A stretch of DNA of 64,000 nt from Eledone cirrhosa. Lineage: Eukaryota. A model generated the notes under the pieces. It saw only the letters and a list, made by a program, of their open reading frames with translations. It made no database searches and was not told where the DNA came from. This document shows positions 35,777 through 59,954 of the stretch, piece by piece (within the stretch, counting starts at the first letter, position 1; each line of letters opens with the position of its first letter). The stretch spans positions 230,020,001 to 230,084,000 of the forward strand of contig OZ024740.1 in the NCBI GenBank assembly GCA_964016885.1, in the 5' to 3' direction. The translations under genes and the position numbers were made by a program.

Positions 35777-35877
35777 AGTTTTAATATAGAAGAGATTCTA
35801 CAGGACTAGAACTGTTTCATTCATTAGAAATCATTGAATGAAACAGTTGTAGTCCTGTAGAATCTCTTCTATATTAA

Positions 35878-35881
<4 letters not shown>
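35777..35881. repeat. Fold-back, 47-bp arms and 11-nt loop, carrying a hammerhead 3' half
   Basis: 35777-35823 versus 35835-35881 (one mismatch); GAAAC-agtt-GTA-gtcc in the right arm; between (TA)n tracts. Confidence 0.9.
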
Positions 35882-35919
<38 letters not shown>

Positions 35920-35968
35920 GTCTGTGTGTATGTTTGTGTGTGTATATATATATGTTTGTGTGTGTGTA

Positions 35969-36019
<51 letters not shown>

Positions 36020-36131
36020 GTGTTTGTGTGTGTGTATACATATACATATATATACATACATATACAAATATACACGCACACATATATATATATATATATG
36101 TATGTATATCTATTTATATATATAAATACAT

Positions 36132-36206
<75 letters not shown>

Positions 36207-36511
36207 TACATATATATATATGTGTGTGTGTTCATATGCATACGTCTATATGTGACTGTATATATGAGAGTTAACCTTCATATATATATATGTGTCTAGA
36301 AACGTATGTGTTCCGGCATGTATATGTAAGCGAAAGGGCGGAGACATGGCCATGTGGTTAAAACGTTCGCATTGCAATCCTGAGGTCCCGAGTTCAATCT
36401 CCATGCGTGTGATGGACCACACCTGTAATTCAATAATCCTACTGACCTTGTCACACGGTATGACACACCGATTCATCCTGGGGACCACGTCAAGTGTAGC
36501 AATACTGACTT

Positions 36512-36800
36512 ACAATAATAATAATAATAATGAAATTATTGTGTAAAGTGCTCAGGTGCACTACAACTCGTCAAAGGTGTATGTATAGTACATAGAATAA
36601 TACACAAATGTCAGGGAAGTACATGTGTGTATGTGTTAGCTGTAGTGTTGGCGGATCTCGGGAAGCATGGAGGCCTTAAAGGATGCAGTGTCTCGACAGC
36701 TAACAACTGATGCAGGTAGTTTGTTCCATGCTTCAGCAACTCTGAGCGTGAAAAAATGTTTCCGAAAGTCATGGGAACTGTGCTGTTTTCTTACTTTTAA
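36512..36800 (-). mobile_element. CR1-clade LINE 3' fragment
   Basis: Minus strand KVRKQHSSHDFRKHFFTLRVAEAWNKLPASVVSCRDTASFK, 3' UTR and (ATT)n tail. Confidence 0.85.
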
Positions 36801-36852
36801 TTCTATATAGTTCAGCTAATTTAACAACTGGTGTACGTATTGTCGGGCGATT

Positions 36853-37215
36853 AATAGGCAGAGCCGATAGAGTGTCGGATAGAATGCTCTGCGGTATTCG
36901 TTCCGGTTCCCTGCTCTATTGGCATACGGCGTTTCTTCGGACATTTTAAAACCTGGCAGAGCCCATCACATCTCCAAGTCTGAATACAGCAGATATCTTC
37001 TAGAGAAGGATAGAGAGAGTGAAAGAATGGAAGTGAGAAAGAGATATAGAGGAAAAATCGACCTCAGTTCCAGAGTGTACTTTTTTTATCGACCTCGAAT
37101 AGATTAAAAGCAAAGTTGACCTCGGCGGGAGTTGAACTCAAAGAGCAGTGTGTCGAAACGAATGTCACAAAACATTCTATCCGACGTTCTAACGCCTCTG
37201 CCAATTCACCGTCTT
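36853..37215. mobile_element. Family A SINE fragments (+ head 36853-36920; - copy 37055-37215)
   Basis: Family A head and core motifs. Confidence 0.65.
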
Positions 37216-37495
37216 ATAACAATAATAGTTTATCATTCTAAATTCCGGAAACGGAAGAAGTGGAGAGAGACGCTTGTGGAATAACTACGTTTTCCGTCTC
37301 AGGAGCATATTACCCAATTTTCTCAAATATTATTTATAGTGATCGATTACTGTAATAATCATTTACGGTGGAGCGACTACGTTTTAATTTTCGATTTCCC
37401 CAAAGTTTCTTCAGTCAACCGGGTGCTTTCTTCCTATAAAATGGGAAAAAACCCGCTTCTCACGTATCTTTGCATTTCTCCTATCTCCTATTCTA

Positions 37496-37531
37496 TCTTC
37501 CGATGAAGGACTAACTTCCGAAATGTTAAGG
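37496..37531 (+). ncRNA. Degenerate minimal hammerhead motif
   Basis: tctt-CCGATGA-a-gga(ctaact)tcc-GAAAT-GTT-aagg; shares gatgaaggactaactt with 22506-22521. Confidence 0.55.
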
Positions 37532-37569
37532 CTTTTTTCCTACTATATCAAAATTTAAACTTATATATC

Positions 37570-37655
<86 letters not shown>

Positions 37656-37725
37656 ACATATATATATACATATGTATATATATATATATATAAATAATCA
37701 ATAACCGGAAGGTTGTTTATATATT

Positions 37726-37768
37726 GTCAAAGCTCTTTCGTCACACATTCTGTGACCTCCTCACTGAC
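37726..37768 (-). ncRNA. Minimal hammerhead motif, C3 mutated
   Basis: Minus strand: gtca-GTGAGGA-g-gtcaca(gaatg)tgtgac-GAAAG-ag-CTT-tgac; in a cassette of about 125 bp between (TA)n tracts. Confidence 0.6.
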
Positions 37769-37816
37769 TGTTTTTATTTTGTGTGTCTCTCCTTTGTTCT
37801 GTCCTACAGCATCTTG

Positions 37817-37860
<44 letters not shown>

Positions 37861-38182
37861 GGAAAAAATGAAACGAAATTTCATTTCTCACTCTTAGTAC
37901 GGCTGTTACTTAAATATAAGTATGTATACGTACATACATATATGTATACAGACGTACAGTAGTATGTATATATATATAAATACATACATGCACACATATA
38001 TATATATGTACGTATGGATTCACCAAACATTTATTATAATGCTCGGTGTGTTTGTAAACAAACATCCCGTATTAAGCCGTAGTGTCCAGCAACCATTGTT
38101 GCTCGTTTGTTCAACACTGACAAAGAAACGCTGTACTAGTTTCAAGCTTGTTAGCTATCGTCAGCAACGTATACCTTCCTGC

Positions 38183-38442
38183 TCAGAATCGCAAAGGCCG
38201 TAACTCTATGCGTCAAAGCATGGCGTCCGTCCCTCTACCGATACTGCCAATCCACCACCCTGAGTTTCTACTTTTGGCACAAGGCCAGCGTTTACCCCAG
38301 TGCACCCCTGGTACTTTATTTTATCGACCTCGTAAGGATGAAAGGCAAAGTTAACCTCGGCGGATTTGAACTCAGAACGCAAAGGGCCATAACTATGCTG
38401 CAAAACATGGTGTCTGACGCTCTACCGATACTGCCAAACCAC
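38183..38442 (-). mobile_element. Tandem family A SINE copies
   Basis: Reverse complement of the family A head and core. Confidence 0.85.
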
Positions 38443-38444
38443 TG

Positions 38445-38618
38445 TAATTTTTATATTACAAAAAATAATGTTTTCCAATTTTTCATGCATTACATTTTAC
38501 ATGGAGTAATATTGAAATGCAGAATTATTCTCCTTTAATTATATCACTGATTTAAAATCAATCATCTTTTCTTACAAAAAAATGTGTGAAACGCAGCAAG
38601 GCGCGGGTAATCGGCTAG
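38445..38618 (+). mobile_element. Helitron 3' fragment
   Basis: atgtgtgaaacgcagcaaggcgcgggtaatcggCTAG; same terminus family as 39811. Confidence 0.55.
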
Positions 38619-38753
38619 CATATATATATATAGATACATATATATGTGGATATATATATATGTGGATATATATATATATATATATTTATTAAAATAACAG
38701 ATTAAAGTTTAAGCAAAGAATCGCTGGATTTTAGTCTTCAAATTTATTATTAT

Positions 38754-38795
<42 letters not shown>

Positions 38796-39046
38796 CGGCG
38801 ATGAATATATGTATATATATAACCAAAAGTTTATATCGTTCGTTGATTATTCAACGAATACAATTTTACAATAGATTAGAAGCAATCGACAGTGATTTAA
38901 CTGGAGTATCTATAATCTTATTGAAAATATTAATAAATGAGAAATATTATCATAACCAAAGTATATATTGTAGTGGTAGTACTACCACTACAGGGATTGA
39001 AGATTCAAGGCCTTAGGGGTATGTCGTATAACCAATCTCTTATATA

Positions 39047-39105
39047 TTTTATCTGATGAAAACGTACTGAAACACCATTGTACCTTTGAGATATGTATAA
39101 TAAAA
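39047..39105 (+). ncRNA. Type I hammerhead motif, GAAA decayed to GAGA
   Basis: ttttat-CTGATGA(39053)-stem II-GAGAT-atgt-ATA-ataaaa; bracketed by a 46-bp inverted repeat (38924-38969 / 39104-39149). Confidence 0.65.
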
Positions 39106-39523
39106 TACATACTTTGGTTATGATAATATTTCTCATTTATTTATATTTTGTATAATATTATATATATATATATATAGAACCCCCATAATACTCTTGATTG
39201 CCCGCTTAAAGTGCTTGAATTACATATAACACCCTGCCGCACTATAATCTTATATAAATAAGACACACGTGCATGCCCCACGTGTAACTATTGCATACAC
39301 TAACTACTTCTAACTATCCTCTTGCATTTTCTTCGTAAACTGCCAATGTTGTATTTTAACTTCAATTTTGTTTTCTTTTAATATGACTTTAATCTTTGAA
39401 TGTAAATTGCCATGCTAAAATATTATAATGGATGTCAACCTACTGTGCATCAATATATACATATATATCTGTATGTCTCTTGTGTTGGAAAGGAGGTCAA
39501 GTATGTAAACAATCATTGAAAAA

Positions 39524-39572
39524 TTGCTCCGAAGACTCCAAGCCTCGGTTTGGAAGAAACAATTGTAAGCGA
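39524..39572 (+). ncRNA. Type I hammerhead motif, CCGAAGA core
   Basis: ttgct-CCGAAGA-tccaagcc/ggtttgga-GAAAC-aatt-GTA-agcga, then AATAAA; in a cassette of about 590 bp between (TA)n tracts. Confidence 0.7.
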
Positions 39573-39771
39573 ATAAATGGTTTAAACAGAACTTTGATTC
39601 ATGTAATTTCTATATAACTGCTCTGTAGAACAACTGATGTTATTACATTGAGCTATTTATCTTACTGGTAATAAGGTAGTAATAAATTACTGTCTTTCAC
39701 TATTTAGGGTTTAAAATATATATAACTATAAAATGTTTTAATGTATACATAACCAAAAATAGTATCCTTAA

Positions 39772-39810
<39 letters not shown>

Positions 39811-39811
<1 letters not shown>

Positions 39812-40549
39812 TAGCCTAATTACTCGTTTCACACATCAGCAATCAAACGCTGTTGTCTTTCTTCTTCAGAACCATTTCTTCTTGCAACTATATGGCGAAA
39901 TCAATCTTGTTCCTGTCTTTCTTGGTGCTCACCAAAGGTTTCATTTTGCCGAGATTCTGTTTGCCTCTGTCTTCGGCTAGAAAGTCGTTCTTCCCTTGCA
40001 TCACACCTTTCAGATTGACGACGCAGCCTCATCCTTTTTGCATGTGGATTATTTGCATAACTAGATTTTCTTTTCCGTGACATAAGGGATGTCTGAAAAA
40101 ATGTCTAAATTAGCCAAATTTTACGATAAAAGGGAGGTGCTTTTTTTTTGTCGATTTACGTTTAATTAATAGAAAAGCCCCGTGATAATAGAGGTTCCAA
40201 TACTCAAGTTATGGGCTTACAAAATGTTCACTATATGGGGTTTAACCCCCCACCCCCATTAGGGTGTCTTAATATTATTGAAATTTGCTGAAATTTTGTG
40301 AATAGGCATCGTATCTTGTCATTTACCTATGGTTTAAATTTCATATAAATCAGAGGGAAAACATTTTCAGCGGGGGTTTGTGCCCTCGGGAAATCCTTTG
40401 ATTAAAATGAAATATACTTATCCAAGTACCCTGGGTAATGTAGTTTCAGAATATATATGGTTATGGGGGGGTCTATCTCCAAAACTATAGGAGGAGTTCG
40501 TGAACAAACAGACAGACAGACAGGAACTACAACTTTATATATATATAGA
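39811..40549 (-). mobile_element. Non-autonomous Helitron retaining the start of a Rep/Hel-like ORF
   Basis: 5' A|TCTATATATATATAAAG...(CTGT)n at 40549; 3' CTAG|T at 39811; ORF 40083-39901 MSRKRK...RMRLRRQSE...REERL...RQNET resembles STPR-like N-terminal repeats. Confidence 0.8.
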
Positions 40550-40727
40550 TATATATAGAGGGAGAAAGAAAGAGGGGGAGACAGATAGATAGAAAAAGAG
40601 GAGGAGAGACAGTGAGAGAGAGAGAGAGAATGAGAGAGGGGAGGGGGAGAAACGTTCAAAGCCAGTTAACTTGCAAGCCAGCCGAAACGGAGTGGTCCCC
40701 CCGTTGGGATATCCATTGCTGATAATT

Positions 40728-41840
40728 TACAGACCTATATATACATATATATATATCGTATACAGACCTACATATACAGACCTATATATACATATATATA
40801 TATCGTATACAGACCTATATATATATATCGTATACAGACCTATATATACAGACCTATATATATATATCGTATACAGACCTATATATACAGACCTATATAT
40901 ACATATATATATATCGTATACAGACCTATATATACAGACCTATATATACATATATATATATCGCATACAGACCTATATATACAGACCTATATATACATAT
41001 ATATATCGTATACAGACCTATATATACAGACCTATATATACATATATATATCGTATACAGACCTATATATACATATATATATATCGTATACAGACCTATA
41101 TATACAGACCTATATATACATATATATATATATCGTATACAGACCTATATATACAGACCTATATATACATATATATATATCGTATACAGACCTATATATA
41201 CAGACCTATATATATACATATATATATATCGTATACAGACCTATATATACAGACCTATATATATATATATATATCGTATACAGACCTATATTTACAGACC
41301 TATATATACATATATATATATCGTATACAGACCTATATATACAGACCTATATATACATATATATATCGTATACAGACCTATATATACAGACCTATATATA
41401 CATATATATATCGTATACAGACCTATATATACAGACCTATATATACATATATATATCGTATACAGACCTATATATACAGACCTATATATACATATATATA
41501 TATCGTATACAGACCTATATATACAGGCCTATATATACATATATATATATCGTATACAGACCTATATATACAGACCTATATATACATATATATATATATC
41601 GTATACAGACCTATATATACATATATATATATCGTATACAGACCTATATATACAGACCTATATATACATATATATATATCGTATACAGACCTATATATAC
41701 AGACCTATATATACATATATATATATATCGTATACAGACCTATATATACAGACCTATATATACAGACCTATATATACATATATATATCGTATACAGACCT
41801 ATATATACAGACCTATATATACATATATATATCGTATACA
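40728..41840. repeat. Minisatellite of tatacagacctata / atatcg units
   Basis: Directly visible, period about 40-46 bp. Confidence 0.97.
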
Positions 41841-41844
41841 TATA

Positions 41845-42490
<646 letters not shown>

Positions 42491-42644
42491 TATGTATGAT
42501 TGTGTACACACGAATTTGTGTATGCGGATGTGCACGTTTGTGTAAGTGTATACGTGCACATTGCTGAATGTGGGTATGTATATTTATATGTGTGTATATG
42601 TATTTGTGGACATGTGTATTGTTTGTAAAAGGAAAGGGAGGTAA

Positions 42645-42755
42645 TTATGGTGATGGCAGTAGTCGTTATGGAGGGGTTGTATCTATTGATGGTGGTGGTG
42701 GTGATGGTGATAGTTGTAATGTTGATATTATTGACAGCTTTAGTAGCAGGGTGGC

Positions 42756-42824
<69 letters not shown>

Positions 42825-42972
42825 AAGGTTGGTGGTGGTGGTAATGGTAGTAGTAGTGAGTGGTGTTGGTGGTAATGGTAGTAGTAGTAGTAGTAGTAAT
42901 AGTAGTAGTAGTAGTAGTAGTAGTAGTGGGTTGGTGGTGGTCGTAGTAGTGGGTTGGTGGTGGTGGTGGTAA

Positions 42973-43020
<48 letters not shown>

Positions 43021-43093
43021 GTTGGTGGTGGTGGTAATGGTAGTAGTAGTAGTAGTAGTAGAAGTAGTGGGTTGGTGGTGGTGGTGGTGGTAA

Positions 43094-43156
<63 letters not shown>

Positions 43157-43318
43157 GTTGGTGGTGGTCGTAGTAGTAGTAGTAGTAGTAGTAGGTTGGT
43201 GGTGGTCGTAGTAGAAGTGGGTTGTTGTTGTTGGTGGTGGTGGTGGTAATGGTAGTAGTAGTAGTAGTAGGTTGGTGGTGGTCGTAGTAGTAGTAGAAGT
43301 GGGTTGGTGGTGGTGGTG

Positions 43319-43371
<53 letters not shown>

Positions 43372-44185
43372 TGTAGCAGTAGTAGCAACAGCAGCAGCAG
43401 TGACGATATTGACTTGTTTGGGGTCGGGAGTTTGTTGTTGTGGCGGTTGCAGAGGTAGTGGTGGTGGCGATGATTGCAGTGTTGTTGTTGTTGTTGGTGG
43501 TGGTGGTGATGGTGGTGGTGGTGGTATAGTGGTATGGTGGTATGGCGGCTGCGTTAGTGTGTTGCCGTTGCTATTATAAGTACTGGTATGGTCGAACTAT
43601 TAGTAAAGGTAGTAGTGGTGGTGGTGGTGGTATGGTGGTATGGTGGTGGTAGTGGCAGTGGTGGTGGTGGTGGTGGTATGGTGGTATAGTGGTATGGTGG
43701 GGGGTAGTATGATAGTGGTGATAGTGGTGATAGTGGTGGTATGGTGCTAGTGGGGGTGGTGGTAGGGGTGGTGGTATGGTGGTGGTGTTAACGGTGGTAT
43801 GGTGATATGGTGGTGGTGGCGGCAGTGGTGGTGGTTTGGTGGTGGTAGTTGTGGTGGTGGTGTTGGTGGTGGCAGTGGTGGTGGTGGTAGTGGTGGTGGT
43901 GGTGCTATGGTGGTGTAGTGGTATGGTGGTGGTAGTATGATAGTGGTGATAGTGGTGGTGATACTGGTGGTATGATGCGAGTGGTGGTGGTGGTGGTAGG
44001 GGTGGTGGTGTTAGCGGTGGTATGGTGATAACGGTAGTGATGGTGGTGGTGGCGGCGGCAGTGGTGGTGTTGGTTGTGGTGGTGGTGAAGGTGGTGGTGG
44101 TGGTTGTAGTGGTGGTATGGTGGTATAGTGTTATGGTGGTGGTGGTATGGCGGCTGTGTTAGTGTGTTACCGTTGCTATTATAAG
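42645..44185. repeat. (TAG)n/(TGG)n triplet field
   Basis: Directly visible. Confidence 0.95.
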
Positions 44186-44229
44186 TATTAGTATTAACAT
44201 TATTGACTTTCTATATTATCAGTGTTAAT

Positions 44230-46310
<2,081 letters not shown>

Positions 46311-46324
46311 AAAAAAAAAAAAAG

Positions 46325-46434
46325 GGTTGATGATGATGATGATATTGATGATGATGATGATGATGGTGATGATAGTGGTGGTTGATGATGATGTTGATGA
46401 TGATGATGGTGATGATGATGATGATGATGATGAT

Positions 46435-46495
<61 letters not shown>

Positions 46496-47659
46496 AGGTT
46501 GATGATGATGATGATGTTGAGGTTGATGATGTTGATGATGATGATGATGATGGTGGTTGATGATGATGATGTTGATGATGATGATGATGATGGTTGATGA
46601 TGTTGATGATGATGTTGAATGAGGGTGGTGGTGATGGTGGTGGTAAGGATGACGATGACAAGGATGTTGGTGTTGTTGTTGTTGTTGTTGGTGGTGGTGT
46701 TGGTGGTGACGTTGGTGGTGTTGGTGGCAGTGGTGGTGATGGTGGGGGGTGGCTGTGGTGGGGGTGACGGTGGTGGTGGCTGTGGTGGCTGTGGTGGTTG
46801 TGGTGGGGGGTGACGGTGGTGGTGGTGGTGGTGGTGGCTGTGGTGGGGGTGACGGTGGTGGTGGCTGTGGTGGCTGTGGTGGCTGTGGTGGGGGTGACGG
46901 TGGTGGTGGCTGTGGTGGCTGTGGTGGCTGTGGTGGGGGTGACGGTGGTGGTGGCTGTGGTGGGGGGTGACGGTGGTGGTGGCTGTGGTGGCTGTGGGTG
47001 GGGGGTGACGGTGGTGGGGGTGGTGGCTGTGGTGGGGGTGGTGGGGGTGACGGTGGTGGTGGCTGTGGTGGCTGTGGTGGCTGTGGTGGCTGTGGTGGGG
47101 GTGACGGTGGTGGTGGCTGTGGTGGCTGTGGTGGGGGGTGACGGTGGTGGTGGCTGTGGTGGCTGTGGTGGCTGTGGTGGGGGGTGACGGTGGTGGTGGC
47201 TGTGGTGGCTGTGGTGGCTGTGGGTGGGGGGTGGTGGCTGTGGTGGCTGTGGTGGGGGTGACGGTGGTGGTGGCTGTGGTGGCTGTGGTGGGGGGGTGAC
47301 GGTGGTGGGGGGTGGTGGCTGGTGTGGGGGCTGTGGTGGGGGTGACGGTGGTGGTGGCTGTGGTGGCTTGTGGTGGCTGTGGTGGGGGGTGACGGTGGTG
47401 GTGGCTGTGGTGGCTGTGGTGGCTGGTGGTGGGGGTGACGGTGGTGGTGGCCTGTGGTGGCTGTGGTGGCTGTGGTGGTGGTGGTGGCTGTGGTGGCTGT
47501 GGTGGGGGTGACGGTGGTGGTGGTGGTGGTGGTAGTGGCAGTGTGGGTAATATGTGTTTGGAGTTAGGAATGATGATCGTGTTGACATTTTAGAAGATAG
47601 AGCCATGGCGGTGATGATGGTATTTAAGACAGTGGTGACAGTGATGTGAGTGATGTTGC

Positions 47660-47701
<42 letters not shown>

Positions 47702-47720
47702 GTTGGTGGTCGTTGGGAAT
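46325..47720. repeat. (GAT)n then (GGT/GGC)n triplet-derived array
   Basis: Directly visible. Confidence 0.95.
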
Positions 47721-47879
47721 GAGGATGGCCGTGCTGCTATTGGTGTTCGTGGGTGGGGATGGCGACAGCGGTAGTGTTTACTGTGGTGCTGGTGTTGGTG
47801 TTGGGGGTGACGGTAAGGGGTGGTGGTGATGTATAGAGACTGTAACACAGATTGGTGTATATGTTCTCTAAAATATAAC

Positions 47880-48023
47880 ATGGAGAGAAACCGAAAAACG
47901 AGAGAAGGGGGAGAGGGAGAAAGAAAGAAGAGAGGGTGTAGAAAGAATAAACATTAACAGATTGGAAATGAGAGAGGGGGAGAAAGAGAGAGAAGGCTAG
48001 TAACAAATAGAGAAGGGAAGAAC

Positions 48024-48088
<65 letters not shown>

Positions 48089-48345
48089 GAGAGAAAGAGA
48101 GAGAGAGAAGAGAGAGAGAGAGAGGAAGAAGGGCGCGAGAGAGGAAAGTGAGAGAGAGAGAAAGAGAGAGACAGGAGAGAGAGAGAGAGAGAGGAAAAAG
48201 TGAGAGAGAGAGAAAGAGAGAGACAGGAGGAGAAGAGAGAGAGAGAAGAAGAAGAGAGATAGAGAGAAGAAGAGGGAGAGATAGATAGAGAGAAAGAGAG
48301 AGAAAGAGAGAAAGGGAGCGATGAGAAGGAAGAAGGAAGAAGACG
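47880..48345. repeat. (GA)n polypurine tract
   Basis: Directly visible. Confidence 0.95.
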
Positions 48346-48444
48346 GATCAATATCAGAAAATACTGGAACAGAAGGAAGAAACTGGCAGTCGTCTGCTCT
48401 TCCATTCCGTTCCCGCACGCGCGTGATCCCCTCGGAATTACCCT

Positions 48445-57803
<9,359 letters not shown>

Positions 57804-57940
57804 AAGCCTGTCTTCAACATCAAAGTTTTTCTCCCTTTCTCCAATATCTTATTTTCCTCTTCATTTACTTTTTTATTTGTTTACTTTTTCATTTATTTAT
57901 CTTTTTATCTATTCATTTGCTATATATATATATGGTTGTG

Positions 57941-57976
<36 letters not shown>

Positions 57977-58116
57977 ATATATACACATACATATATACAC
58001 ACACACGTATATATACACACATTTATATTATTTGTATTCTTTTTTCTGTTTCTTTCTTTATTTACCTATTTATTTATTTGTTTATTTATAATACCTAGTT
58101 TTTGTTTGTTTTATGT

Positions 58117-59840
58117 ATACACACACATACACACACACACATACACACATACACACACACAGACAGACACAGATATACACACACATACACACACATACAC
58201 AGATATACACACACATACACACACAGACACAGATATACACACACAGACACACACATACACAGATATACACAGACATAAACACACAGACACACACACACAC
58301 ACACACACACAGACAGACATACACACACATACACACACATACACAGATATACCCACACACACATACACACACATACACACACAGACACAGACATCCACAC
58401 ACATACACACACATACACAGATATACACACACATACACACACATACACAGATATACATACACATACACACACAGACACACACACGCACACACAGACACAG
58501 ACATACACACACATACACACACATACACAGATATACACACACACATACACACACAGACACACACATACACACACAGACACAGACATACACACACATACAC
58601 ACACATACACAGATATACACACACATACACACACATACACAGATATACACACACATAAACACACAGACACAGATATACACACACAGACACACACAGACAC
58701 AGATATACACATACACACACATACACAGATATACACACACATACACACACAGACACAGATATACACACACAGACACACACAGACACACACATACACACAC
58801 ATACATACACGCACAGACATACACAGATATACACACACAGACACACACAGACACAGATATACACACACAGACACAGATATACACACACATACACACACAG
58901 ACACACACAGACACACACATACACACACAGACACACACATACACACACAGACACACACATACACACACAGACACACACAGACACACACAAACACAGATAT
59001 ACACATACAGACATACACACACACACACACACACAGATATACACACACACAGACACACACAAACACAGATATATACACACATACACACACAGACACACAT
59101 ACACACAGATATACACACACAGACACACACATACACACATACACACAGATATACACACACAGACACACACACACACACACAGATATACACACACAGACAC
59201 ACACAAACACAGATATACACACACAGACACACACATACACACACACACAGATATACACACACAGACACACACAGACACAGATATACACACACATACACAC
59301 ACAGACACACACATACACAGATATACACACACAGACATCCATAAGACACAGATATACACACACAGACACACACAGACACAGATATACACACACAGACACA
59401 GACATACACACACAGACACAGATAGACACACACATACACGCACATACACAGATATACACACACATACACACACAGACACACACAGACACACACAGACACA
59501 CAGAGACACAGATAGACACACACAGACATCCATAAGACACACACAGACACACACAAACACTGATATACACACACAAACACACACAGACACACACAAACAC
59601 AGATATACACACACATACACACACATACACACACACACACAGATATACACACCCATACACACACAGACACATACAGACACACACAAACACACACAATTAC
59701 ACACAAACACAGATATACACACACAGACACACACAAACACAGATATACATACACATACACACACAGACACACACAGACACACACAGACACAGATATACAC
59801 ACACTCACACACCTACACATACACACACACTCACTCACAT

Positions 59841-59870
<30 letters not shown>
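58117..59870. repeat. (CA)n-derived minisatellite (cacagatatacacacacata)
   Basis: Directly visible. Confidence 0.97.
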
Positions 59871-59871
<1 letters not shown>

Positions 59872-59881
59872 TATATATACA

Positions 59882-59913
<32 letters not shown>

Positions 59914-59954
59914 ATTTTCATGCTCCTTTCTATTTTAATCGTTTACATATATAT

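Noticed and set aside
37370-37420. Minus-strand CTGAAGA...AAAACgtaGTC
   Set aside because: G12 is missing and there is no stem I complementarity
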